Shown here: one piece after another, positions 10,490 to 19,620 of the stretch
Layout: the number at the start of each line of letters is the position of its first letter
Position numbering within the stretch: the first letter of the stretch is position 1
NCBI GenBank assembly: GCA_046290465.1
Contig: JBKAGP010000001.1
Coordinates: forward strand, 1,216,001 to 1,280,000
Direction: 5' to 3'
Length of the DNA stretch: 64,000 nt
From: Planctomycetota bacterium
GTDB taxonomy: Bacteria > Planctomycetota > UBA1135 > UBA2386
Translations under genes and position numbers: made by a program
Notes under the pieces: model-generated
The model's input: only the letters and a program-made list of their open reading frames with translations
Told to the model about the DNA's origin: nothing
Databases searched by the model: none

Positions 10490-12987
10490 GCGGGACCCGC
10501 GACGCGCGGGCCGGCGACACAGGCGACATGCAACGGGACATCGACGACTTCCACGAAGCGCTGGCGCGACCTGCCGACGAGCGCACGGCGTTCGTCGAGC
10601 AACGGCACCACGAGCAACCGGAACGGGCGCGCCGCCTGCTGCGCCTGCTCGAGGCCCACGCGCGCGCCGAGCGAGCCGAAGGCGACGACGAGCCGGGCCT
10701 GCCGAGCACCATGCCGGCGTTGCTGCACCGCGTGCAGGCCCCCGAACAGATCGGTGCCTACCGCGTGCTCGAGCGGCTGGGCGAGGGCGGCATCGGCGTG
10801 GTCTACGCCGCCGAGCAACACGAACCGCTGCGGCGCCGGGTCGCGATCAAGGTCGTCAAACTCGGCATGGACACACACGAGGTGCTGGCCCGCTTCGAGG
10901 CCGAGCGGCAGGCGCTCGCGATGATGGACCATCCGGGCGTCGCCAAGGCGCTCGACGCCGGCATCACCGCGGAAGGCCGCCCGTACTTCGTGATGGAGCT
11001 GGTCAAGGGTGTGCCGCTGACGACCTACGCCCAGAGCCAGGCCCTGCCGCTGCGCGCGCGGCTCGAGCTGTTCGTCGAGATCTGCGCCGCGGTGCAGCAC
11101 GCGCACCAGAAGGGCATCATCCATCGCGACCTCAAGCCGTCGAACATCCTGGTGACGACCTTCGACGGCCGGCCGGTGCCGAAGATCATCGACTTCGGCG
11201 TGGCCAAGGCGACGGCGAGCCGACTGACCGAACGCACGGTGTTCACCGAGCAGGGCCGGCTGATCGGCACGCCCGAGTACATGTCCCCCGAGCAGGCCGA
11301 GATGTCCGGCCTCGACGTCGACACCCGCACCGACGTCTATTCGCTCGGCGTCGTGCTCTACGAGTTGCTGACGGGTGAGCTGCCGTTCGAGGGCCGCGGC
11401 GAAGGCCCTGCCGGTTACTCCGAGCTGCTGCGCAAGATCCGCGAGGTGCCGCCGAAGCGGCCGAGCATGCGCATCGCCGACGGCCGCAGCGGCTCCACGG
11501 TGGTCTCGGTGCGCGCGGCCACCGTGCGCCGCGAGCTCGACTGGATCGTGCTGCAGGCGCTCGAGAAGGACCGGACGCGTCGCTACGGCTCGGCCAGCGC
11601 ACTCGGCGACGACATCGAACGCTACCTCCGCGACCTGCCGGTGCACGCGCGTCCGCCGAGCACCGTCTACGTGCTGCGCAAGTTCGTGCAGCGACACCGC
11701 CTGGCGACCGGCCTGATGCTGCTGGTCGTGGTGACGACGGTGATCGGCATCACCGGCCTGACCCTCGGCCTCGTGCGCGCGCGCAGCGCCGAGCGCCTCG
11801 CGACCGAGCGCGCCGACCACGCGCAGGCCATGGCCGGCTTCCTCGAGCAGGTGCTGTTCGGCGCCGACCCGGAGGAGGGCGGCGGCCAGCCGACGCTGGC
11901 GCAGGCGATCGACCGTGCCGGCATGCAGGTCGACGCCGAACTCGGCGAGCACCCCGAGGTCGAAGCGTCGGTGCGCGAATCGCTCGGCGTCGCCTACCGA
12001 CGGCGCTCCTTGTTCGGGCGGGCCCGCCCCCACCTGGAGCGCTCGCTACTGCTTCGCGAACAGGTGCTCGGCGAGGCGCACATGGACACTGCCAGGTCGC
12101 GGACGGCGCTCGGCGCGCTGCGCTTCGAGCACGACGGCGACTTCGACGGTGCCGCAGCACTGTTCGAACAGGTCGGTGCCGCCCTGCAACAGAACGGACT
12201 GGCCGGAACCGTGCACGAAGCATGGCTGCTGCTCGACGTCGGTCTGGTCGCGCTCGCCAGCGATCGACTGGCGGACGCCGAGCGGGCGCTGCACACGTGT
12301 CGGGACCTGCTGGCAACGGACCGCGGCGACACCCATGCCGACGTCAGCCGGCCGCTGCGCGGACTGGCGCGGTGCGCGCTCGCGCGCGACGACGTCGACG
12401 CCGCCGAACGGCTCGCCCGCCGCGCCGTGTCGCTCTGCGCCGGCACGCGCGACGAGTACCTCGGCGCACGCGCCCAGCTCGCGCTCGTCGACGTGCTGCG
12501 CAGGCGGGGTCAGGTCGACGAAGCGGCCGAGGTGCTGGCGACGGCGGAGATGCGGTTGACGCGCATGGTCGGCGCGCAGCACATCCGCAAGGCGGAATGC
12601 ACGATCCGTTCGGCGCACCTGCTGCTGCAGCGCGGCGACTTCGCGGCGGCCGAACGGTCCGCGCGGCGCTGCCTCGAGCTGCGGCGCGCGCTGCTCGCCG
12701 CCGACCATCCGGACATCCTGGCGTCGCGGCTGCTGCTCGCCGAGATCCAGCTCGCAGAGCGGGCCGCCGGGTCGGGCTCCGGCACGCGCACGCTCACCGA
12801 GCTCGACGACGACCTGCGCGACCTCGCCGACCGCTGCTCGCGTCGCCTCGCGCCGGACCATCCGCTCGCGCTCCGCATCGCCGAGGCCCGCATCGCGAGC
12901 GCCGGCGACGATGCCGGCCGCCGCGCGCTGCGCACCGCGCGGCACGCCGAGCTGGTCGAAAGCCGCGCGCGGCGTCTGGCTCGCTGA
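10486..12987 (+). CDS. Membrane Ser/Thr protein kinase with C-terminal TPR-like sensor region
   Basis: GEGGIG, VAIK, HRDLKPSN, DFG, GTPEYMSPE; one TM segment, then helical repeats; GTGA overlap with the ECF stop (alternative ATG 10528). Confidence 0.92.
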   Translation: MSGTRDARAGDTGDMQRDIDDFHEALARPADERTAFVEQRHHEQPERARRLLRLLEAHARAERAEGDDEPGLPSTMPALLHRVQAPEQIGAYRVLERLGEGGIGVVYAAEQHEPLRRRVAIKVVKLGMDTHEVLARFEAERQALAMMDHPGVAKALDAGITAEGRPYFVMELVKGVPLTTYAQSQALPLRARLELFVEICAAVQHAHQKGIIHRDLKPSNILVTTFDGRPVPKIIDFGVAKATASRLTERTVFTEQGRLIGTPEYMSPEQAEMSGLDVDTRTDVYSLGVVLYELLTGELPFEGRGEGPAGYSELLRKIREVPPKRPSMRIADGRSGSTVVSVRAATVRRELDWIVLQALEKDRTRRYGSASALGDDIERYLRDLPVHARPPSTVYVLRKFVQRHRLATGLMLLVVVTTVIGITGLTLGLVRARSAERLATERADHAQAMAGFLEQVLFGADPEEGGGQPTLAQAIDRAGMQVDAELGEHPEVEASVRESLGVAYRRRSLFGRARPHLERSLLLREQVLGEAHMDTARSRTALGALRFEHDGDFDGAAALFEQVGAALQQNGLAGTVHEAWLLLDVGLVALASDRLADAERALHTCRDLLATDRGDTHADVSRPLRGLARCALARDDVDAAERLARRAVSLCAGTRDEYLGARAQLALVDVLRRRGQVDEAAEVLATAEMRLTRMVGAQHIRKAECTIRSAHLLLQRGDFAAAERSARRCLELRRALLAADHPDILASRLLLAEIQLAERAAGSGSGTRTLTELDDDLRDLADRCSRRLAPDHPLALRIAEARIASAGDDAGRRALRTARHAELVESRARRLAR

Positions 12988-13023
12988 TCTACGGCGATCC
13001 GGCAGGGCGCCGCGGTCGGCCCC

Positions 13024-15573
13024 TCACCAGGTGCCGACGGTCCACAGCAGCGCGTCCGTCACGGTGGTCTGCACGATCGTTCCGCCGGCGCCGGTCTCGA
13101 TCGCGAGCACCTGATCCTGAACCTGGATACCGAGCAGTGCCTGGTCGCCGGGGATCTGGAGCGAGGTCTCGTACGTCGTCGAGGCCACGGCAAAGTCGAC
13201 CGCCTCGGGCGCCACCGAGAGGACGCACGACGTCGACGCCGGCAGCAGCAGCGGCGGCAGCGGCACCGGGGCGCTCGCCCCCAGGCCGAGCACGTGCACG
13301 ACGAGCCCGTTGGCCGGCAGGTTGCTGGCTCGCGCGCGCATGGAAGCCCCGAGCCAGGGCAGGGCGAGCGGCGTGTAACCGGGCACCCCCTGGCTGCCGG
13401 CGCAGCCGGGCGCGAACGTCTGCACACCGGCCGGACACAGCGACTGCCAGCGCGACAGCGACGGCCTCTGCCCATCGGGCTGCGTCGGTGCGCCACCGAG
13501 CAGCAGGCCGTAGGACGTCGCAACCGCAAACAGGCCCTCGTGGCCGAACGTCTGGCCGGCCGGCAACATCGACTGCCACACCCCGCCGCTCCAGCGCAGC
13601 ACGTCGAACGTCGTCGGAGACGGCCAGCCAGGGGACCGCTGCGCGCCAGCGATCAGGTCGCCGTCCGGCGACGCGTGCAGCCAAGTGAGCGCCGTCGCCA
13701 GTGTGCTCGGCGGCGAGATCACGACCCAGCTGCTGCCGTTCCACATGCGCGTGGTGTAGGAACTGTCGCGCACGACCGGCTGACCGTTCGCCAGCACGGC
13801 CACCTCGGTGGCATTGGCGATGCCGCTGCCGACCGGCGACCAGACCGCGCCGTCCCAGCGGGCGACGGTGTGGGTCGTGCCCGCGAAGTCCCCGACCGCG
13901 TAGACGCTGCCGTCAGGCGCGAGCTCCAGGTCGAGGATCGATTGCACGCCGCCGGCGCCGACCGCCTGCCAGCTGGTGCCGTCCCAGCGAACCACGCCCT
14001 CAGCGAGGATGCCGCCGATCGGCAGCGTGAAGGTGCCGCCCATCAGGATGCTGCCGTCCGGCAGCTCGAGCAGTTCGCGCACCGAACCCTGCATGGCCGG
14101 GTTGAGCGGGGACCAGGTTGCGCCGTCCCACCGCCAGACGGGATCACCAGGCTGCGTCGAGCCATTGACCACGACGGAGACCCTGCCGGCGACGATCAGG
14201 TCGCCGTTGTCGCGCTCGGCGAATGCCCACACTCCGTCGGAACTGCTGAGCCCTCCGAGCCCGCCGCCGACGTCGCTCCAGCTAGCGCCGTTCCAGCGCG
14301 CGATGCCATGCGACTGCAAGCCACCGATCGTGCCGAACTGGCCGCCGACCAGGAGGCTGCCGTCGCGCAGCTGCCGCGCCGTGTAGAGGTAGCCGTCGAC
14401 ACCGTCATTGGTCCGCAGCCACTGCGCGCCGTCCCAGATCGCGGCGTCGGTGACGTCGAGGCCGCCCGCGCGTGCGAACTGCCCGGCGACGAAGACGTCC
14501 CCGCTCGGCAGCGTGCACAGGGACGACACCAGCGGGCCGTAGGTGAACGGCTCGCGTGCCACCCCGCTGCCGAGGGCGGTCCAGGCGTTGCCGTTCCACC
14601 GCGCGATTCGGCTGGCCGCCGTGCTGCCGGCAACGTCGAACGATCCGCCTGCGATCAGCCTGCCGAAGGCGTCCTCGGCCAGCGCTTCGACGCGGCTGAC
14701 CCCGACGGACAAATGGACGCCGCCGCCGAGGTCGTGCCAGCCGGCGCCGTCCCAGCGCGCCAAGCCCGACACCTGCACCCCGCCCGCCGCCTGGAACCCG
14801 CCACCGACGACCAGATCGCCGTTCGACATCGACAGCGCGCAGTAGGCGTCCGACGACAGCCCAGCGCCGAGCGGCTGCCATGCGGCGCCGTCCCAGCGCG
14901 CCGCGCGCGACGTCGCCGTCGAACCCGACATGGTGAAGCCGCCGACCGCGAACAGGTTGCCCTGGTCATCGACCGTCAACGCCTCGACGGTGCCGTTGAA
15001 GCCAGCGCCCATCGGCGCCCAGCTGCTGCCGTTCCAACGCGCGACGCGGGGCATCGGTGCGCCCCCGGACGTCGCGAAGTAGCCACCTGCGACCACGTCG
15101 CCGTTGGGCAGGTGGGCCAGCGCCTGCACCCGGTTGTCCAGCCCGCCGCCGAGCGGGCTCCAGCTGGCGCCGTCCCAGCGCGCGATCGAGGTCGCAAAGA
15201 CCCCGTCCAGCACGAAGAAATCCCCGCCGACGATCAGGTCGCCGTTGGGCAACGGCAGCACCGCGTAGACCGGTGCGTTGACGTCCAGCGTCAGCGCCTG
15301 CCAGCTACGGGCCAACGGATCGTAGACCGCCAGCCGGCTCGCATCGGCGGAGCCTGCGCGGCCGAACGCCCCACCGACCACGACCTTGGCCGACGCTGGC
15401 CCGGAGCCGTCGGGGTCCCAGGCGGCGGCGGCGAAGGCCTCCGACACGCCCGGACGGCCACCCGGGTCGGCGGGCTCGGGCCGCCAGTCCGCGCACTGGG
15501 CGAGTAGGTCGGCGGCGCTGCCGAAGGCGAGCGCGAACATGGCTGCGAGCCGCAGCGGGCACAGGTGCTTCAT
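13024..15573 (-). CDS. Secreted Trp-rich beta-propeller repeat protein with lineage-type C-terminal domain
   Basis: Signal peptide; more than 10 repeats of L-x-x-G-D-L-I-V-G-G-x-F...IARWDG-x-x-W-x-x-LG-x-G. Confidence 0.85.
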   Translation of the reverse strand: MKHLCPLRLAAMFALAFGSAADLLAQCADWRPEPADPGGRPGVSEAFAAAAWDPDGSGPASAKVVVGGAFGRAGSADASRLAVYDPLARSWQALTLDVNAPVYAVLPLPNGDLIVGGDFFVLDGVFATSIARWDGASWSPLGGGLDNRVQALAHLPNGDVVAGGYFATSGGAPMPRVARWNGSSWAPMGAGFNGTVEALTVDDQGNLFAVGGFTMSGSTATSRAARWDGAAWQPLGAGLSSDAYCALSMSNGDLVVGGGFQAAGGVQVSGLARWDGAGWHDLGGGVHLSVGVSRVEALAEDAFGRLIAGGSFDVAGSTAASRIARWNGNAWTALGSGVAREPFTYGPLVSSLCTLPSGDVFVAGQFARAGGLDVTDAAIWDGAQWLRTNDGVDGYLYTARQLRDGSLLVGGQFGTIGGLQSHGIARWNGASWSDVGGGLGGLSSSDGVWAFAERDNGDLIVAGRVSVVVNGSTQPGDPVWRWDGATWSPLNPAMQGSVRELLELPDGSILMGGTFTLPIGGILAEGVVRWDGTSWQAVGAGGVQSILDLELAPDGSVYAVGDFAGTTHTVARWDGAVWSPVGSGIANATEVAVLANGQPVVRDSSYTTRMWNGSSWVVISPPSTLATALTWLHASPDGDLIAGAQRSPGWPSPTTFDVLRWSGGVWQSMLPAGQTFGHEGLFAVATSYGLLLGGAPTQPDGQRPSLSRWQSLCPAGVQTFAPGCAGSQGVPGYTPLALPWLGASMRARASNLPANGLVVHVLGLGASAPVPLPPLLLPASTSCVLSVAPEAVDFAVASTTYETSLQIPGDQALLGIQVQDQVLAIETGAGGTIVQTTVTDALLWTVGTW

Positions 15574-15669
15574 GTGGTTCTTCCCGTCCCGTTCGTCGCA
15601 CGGGACCGCGACAGCTTAGCAGGCTTCGCATGCTCGCGGGACTGCCCCCCAACTCGTAGCATGGCGCCC

Positions 15670-16455
15670 ATGCGCAGACTCGCGACCGCCCTGCTCTCCA
15701 CCGCTCTGCTCACGAGCTGCGGCAACCTCAACTTCTACTCGGACGAAGAACTCGAGCCGTTGAGCGTGCAGGCATATGCCGAGGCGCAGAAGGAGAACCC
15801 GCCGGTCACGTCCGGCGCCGACTACGAGATGGTGCAGCGGGTCGCTTCGCGCATCACCCGCGCGGCCGACGAGAACTTCCCGTGGGAGGCCAAGCTGCTG
15901 CGCGCCGACAACGTGCCGAACGCCTTCTGCCTGCCGAACGGCCGCATCGCGATCTTCACCGGCATCCTGCCGATCACGCAGAACGAGGCCGGCCTGGCCG
16001 CGGTCATGGGCCACGAGGTCGCGCACGCGACGCTGCGCCACGGCGGCAAGCGCATGACCCAGGGCATGATGACGCAGGCGGCGATGACCGCGGTCGACAC
16101 CGGCATGAAGATGGCCGAGATGGAGGCCGGTTCGCACGACGTGGTCATGGGCGTGCTCGGCGCCGGCGCGCAGTACGGCGTGCTGCTGCCCTACAGCCGC
16201 GAGCACGAATCCGAGGCCGACATCCTCGGCATCCGCTACGCGATCCGCGCCGGCTACGATCCCTACGAGGCACCCAAGCTGTGGGAGCGCATGGCGCAGC
16301 TCGGCGACAGCGGACCGGAGTGGATGAGCACGCACCCCAACCCGCTCAATCGCGCCGAGAAGCTGCGGGAGATGATTCCGCAGATCATCGAGGAAGAGAA
16401 GAACTGGCAGCCGAAGGCGACCAAGCAGGTCACCCCCGGCGCCGTCGGCCGGTAG
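15670..16455 (+). CDS. M48 family zinc metallopeptidase, lipoprotein
   Basis: Lipobox LLTSC; NAFCLPNG, HEVAH, YSREHESEAD, STHP; alternative start 15661. Confidence 0.92.
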   Translation: MRRLATALLSTALLTSCGNLNFYSDEELEPLSVQAYAEAQKENPPVTSGADYEMVQRVASRITRAADENFPWEAKLLRADNVPNAFCLPNGRIAIFTGILPITQNEAGLAAVMGHEVAHATLRHGGKRMTQGMMTQAAMTAVDTGMKMAEMEAGSHDVVMGVLGAGAQYGVLLPYSREHESEADILGIRYAIRAGYDPYEAPKLWERMAQLGDSGPEWMSTHPNPLNRAEKLREMIPQIIEEEKNWQPKATKQVTPGAVGR

Positions 16456-16492
16456 TCGGTAGTCGGTAGTCGGTAATCGGGGCACCGGTAGT
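16450..16492 (+). repeat. 7-bp tandem repeat (CGGTAGT)x3, one CGGTAAT and one displaced copy
   Basis: Read directly; begins at the M48 stop codon. Confidence 0.8.
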
Positions 16493-16560
16493 CGGGGCGC
16501 CGGCCACAAAAAACCTGCAGGCCGGTGTCGCACGCGCGGCCGCCCGGGATCATCGGCATC

Positions 16561-19500
16561 GTGTGGCGCGCATCGGAAGAACGGCTGTTCGAACGGTTCC
16601 AGCAGCGGCGGGACGCCGCCTCGCTGGCCCGGGTGTTCGACCGCACGGCGCCAGCGCTGCTGCGGGTCGCGACCCACCTGGTGCGCGACCGGCACGTCGC
16701 CGAGGACCTGGTGCAGCAGACGTTCGTCGCCGCGATCGAGCAGGCCGAGCGCTGGGACCGCGAGCGCGGCCTGTTCCCGTGGCTGGTCGGCATCCTGACC
16801 AACCGCGCGCGGCTGCACCGGCGCGCCGAGCGCCGCGCGGCCGATCCGGAGCGGCTCGAGGAGCGCGTCGTCGCCGAGCCGGGCGATCGCGCCGCCGACC
16901 GCGAACTGCAGGCTGCGGTAGCCTCTGCGATCGACCAACTCGGCGAGACCTACCGTCCGGTGCTGACGCTGCACCTGTTCCACGGCCTCAACGCCAAGGA
17001 GATCGCCGCCGCGCTCGGTCGCCCGGCGGGCTCGGTGCGCACGCAGCTGGTGCGCGGGCTCGAACGGCTGCGACGCTCGCTGCCGATCGGCCTCGGCCTC
17101 GCGCTGACCGCCACGGCGCCGGCAGTCGCCGCGATCCGCCAGCGCGTGCTGGCGTCGGCCGCCCCCCACCTCGACGCGGCCGCCACCGGAGCGGCTGCCG
17201 CGACCCTGTTGCTCGGAGGCCCCCTGATGAAGAAGTGGCTGCTGCTCGTGCCGATCGCGCTGATCGGCGTGCTGGTCTACTGGCAATCTGCCGCGACGCC
17301 CGCCGGCGTCGTGCCCGAAGCCGCTGCGCGCACGCCGACCGCCGCGACCGCGGCGCTGCCGGACGGCGATCCGGATCCGGCGGAGGATCCGGCTGCGGCC
17401 GCGCCGATCGAGCGCTCGGAGGCCGACCTGGTCGCCGCCGGCGATGTCGGCACCGGCAGCCTGGTCGTGCACGTCGCGTTCGAACACCAGGGCCTCGACG
17501 CGGCCGGGGTCTGGGTGCGCATGCGCCCCGAACCCTGGACGCGCGAAGGCCCGCGGTTCGGCGAGCGCGTCGACCAGGCCGGCCAGGTCCGCTTCGACGG
17601 CATCCCGCCGGGGCGTTGGCTGGTCGAGGCCGAGACCGTGTCGCTCGATGCCAAGGCGACCCTCGACGTCGCGGCGGGCGACGAACTCGAGCAGCACCTG
17701 ACGCTCGATGCGGCGCTGGCCGTGCCGGTGCGCGTGGTCGACGACATGCAGCGTCCGGTCGCCGACGCCGAGGTCTGGGTGTCGATGCACTACGGCGGTC
17801 GGGTCTGGCCGATGGAGGTGACCGCTCGCCTCGCCGGCCGCACCGACGTGAACGGACGCACGACGGTCGCCGCCGGCTCAGATGCGGTGGTCGGCGCGCG
17901 CAAGGCGGGCCACGCGGCATCCCCGGCGAGCCTGGTCGAGGCCACGCTCGGCGGCGAGGTGCTGCTGATGCTGACGCCGGGCCCCGGCGCGATCCGCGGC
18001 TTCGCGCTCGACGACGACGGCCAGCCGGTGCCGCACGCCACGCTGTACCTGACCACGCGCGGCTTCGACGAGCCCACGACGTCGCGGTCGGCGGACGGCC
18101 GCGAGGCCCGCTCGATCGCGACCGTCTACACCCACGCCGCCGCCGACGGCTCGTTCGCGCTCGAAGGTCTGCTGCCCGGCAGCTACCGCCTGTGGGGCAT
18201 CGCGCGGGGCGTGCTCGACGCGCGCCTCGACGTCGACGTGCACGCGTTCGAAGCGACCTCCCTGCGCGTCGTGATGCGGCGCTCGGTGCCGGTCAAGGTC
18301 CGCACCGTGCGGCCCGACGGGACCCCGATCGGCGGGCTGATGGTGTTCGGCCGTGACCCGCAGGGCCAGGTCGTCGGCGGCGGCAGCATCACCGACCCCA
18401 ACGGCGTGTTCTCGTTCGCGGCGCCACGCGACGGCTACCACGTCGAGATCAAGCGCGACCAGACGCTGCTGGCCGAACGGCGCAGCGAAGCGCCGCTGAC
18501 CGGACCGGTCGCGTTCGACGTCGTCATCGACGAACACCTGCTGGTGCGCGGCCGGCTGCTCGACGAGCAGGGCCGCGGCATCGCCGGCTGGCGCATCGTC
18601 GCGGTGGCCGACGGCGCGCCCGACAGCGACGCGCAGCGCGCGCTGGCGCTGGCGTTCGACCAGCGCACCGACGAGCACGGCAACTTCGAGCTGTGGGGCC
18701 AGCTGCAGCAACCGCTCCAGCTCGCGACGTCCGGCACCCGCTACGGCAGCCGCGGCATGGTGCGACGCCGCGCGATCGCGGTCGGCAGCGACGACCTCGA
18801 GATCGTCGTGCCGACCGGCAAGCTGCCGCGATCGACGCTGCGAGGGCGCGTCGTCGACGCGGCCGGCAAGCCGTTGGTCGACGCAACCGTGCAGCGGCTC
18901 GCCGGCAACCAGCCCGAGCTGCCCTGCGAACAGGGCGTGTTCGTCGTCGAGGGCCTGACCCACGGCGACCAGTCGCTGCACGTCACAGCCCCCGGCTACG
19001 GCAGCCGCCGGCTCAAGTTCGACCTGCAGCAGCTCGACCAGGACGTCGGCGACGTGGTGCTGCAGCGCGCGGTCGAGCTGCGGGTGCGGCCAGACTTCGG
19101 CGGCACCGAGTGGCTCGGACCGCTGCCGCGCGCGTCGTTCCGCACCGCCGACGGCACCTCCTTGTGGCCGCAGCCGACTGCGACCGCCGACGGGGACGAG
19201 CTGGTGTTCCGCAGCCTGCCGCCGGGTTCCTACGTGCTGCACCCCCACCGCGACGAGCAGATCGCGACCGAACCGCTGGCCTTCGAACTGGTGGCCGGCG
19301 CCGCCAAGAAGCTGACGTGGCCGGTGCGCGTCGGCCGCAAGCGCATGCTGCGATTCCGGCCGCCCGCCGACCAGCCGGTGCTGCCCGACACCATGCTGAC
19401 GGTCCGCATCGTCGCCGCCGACGACCGCGTCGTGCGCGACCAGCAGGTCAAGCCGTGGCGCGGCGCATGGGTGCTGCGCGACGCGCTGGAGCCGGGCAGC

Positions 19501-19617
19501 TACCGGGTGACCGCGACCAGCGCGGCCGGCCACTCGTTCGCCGGCACGTTCGACGTGCGGCTGGACCAGGGCACCAGCGAGCAGGACATGACCGTCGACG
19601 TGCCGCCGAAGCGCTGA
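16561..19617 (+). CDS. ECF sigma factor fused via a TM helix to a large extracytoplasmic region of carboxypeptidase-regulatory-like/transthyretin-fold repeats
   Basis: Sigma2 (AEDLVQQTF, PWLVGILTN) and sigma4 (EIAAALGRPAGSVRTQLVRGLERLR); TM KKWLLLVPIALIGVLVYW; repeated GRVVD-x-x-G-x-P/DG-x-F motifs; start at 16525 or 16561 (GTG). Confidence 0.85.
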   Translation: MWRASEERLFERFQQRRDAASLARVFDRTAPALLRVATHLVRDRHVAEDLVQQTFVAAIEQAERWDRERGLFPWLVGILTNRARLHRRAERRAADPERLEERVVAEPGDRAADRELQAAVASAIDQLGETYRPVLTLHLFHGLNAKEIAAALGRPAGSVRTQLVRGLERLRRSLPIGLGLALTATAPAVAAIRQRVLASAAPHLDAAATGAAAATLLLGGPLMKKWLLLVPIALIGVLVYWQSAATPAGVVPEAAARTPTAATAALPDGDPDPAEDPAAAAPIERSEADLVAAGDVGTGSLVVHVAFEHQGLDAAGVWVRMRPEPWTREGPRFGERVDQAGQVRFDGIPPGRWLVEAETVSLDAKATLDVAAGDELEQHLTLDAALAVPVRVVDDMQRPVADAEVWVSMHYGGRVWPMEVTARLAGRTDVNGRTTVAAGSDAVVGARKAGHAASPASLVEATLGGEVLLMLTPGPGAIRGFALDDDGQPVPHATLYLTTRGFDEPTTSRSADGREARSIATVYTHAAADGSFALEGLLPGSYRLWGIARGVLDARLDVDVHAFEATSLRVVMRRSVPVKVRTVRPDGTPIGGLMVFGRDPQGQVVGGGSITDPNGVFSFAAPRDGYHVEIKRDQTLLAERRSEAPLTGPVAFDVVIDEHLLVRGRLLDEQGRGIAGWRIVAVADGAPDSDAQRALALAFDQRTDEHGNFELWGQLQQPLQLATSGTRYGSRGMVRRRAIAVGSDDLEIVVPTGKLPRSTLRGRVVDAAGKPLVDATVQRLAGNQPELPCEQGVFVVEGLTHGDQSLHVTAPGYGSRRLKFDLQQLDQDVGDVVLQRAVELRVRPDFGGTEWLGPLPRASFRTADGTSLWPQPTATADGDELVFRSLPPGSYVLHPHRDEQIATEPLAFELVAGAAKKLTWPVRVGRKRMLRFRPPADQPVLPDTMLTVRIVAADDRVVRDQQVKPWRGAWVLRDALEPGSYRVTATSAAGHSFAGTFDVRLDQGTSEQDMTVDVPPKR

Positions 19618-19620
19618 CGT

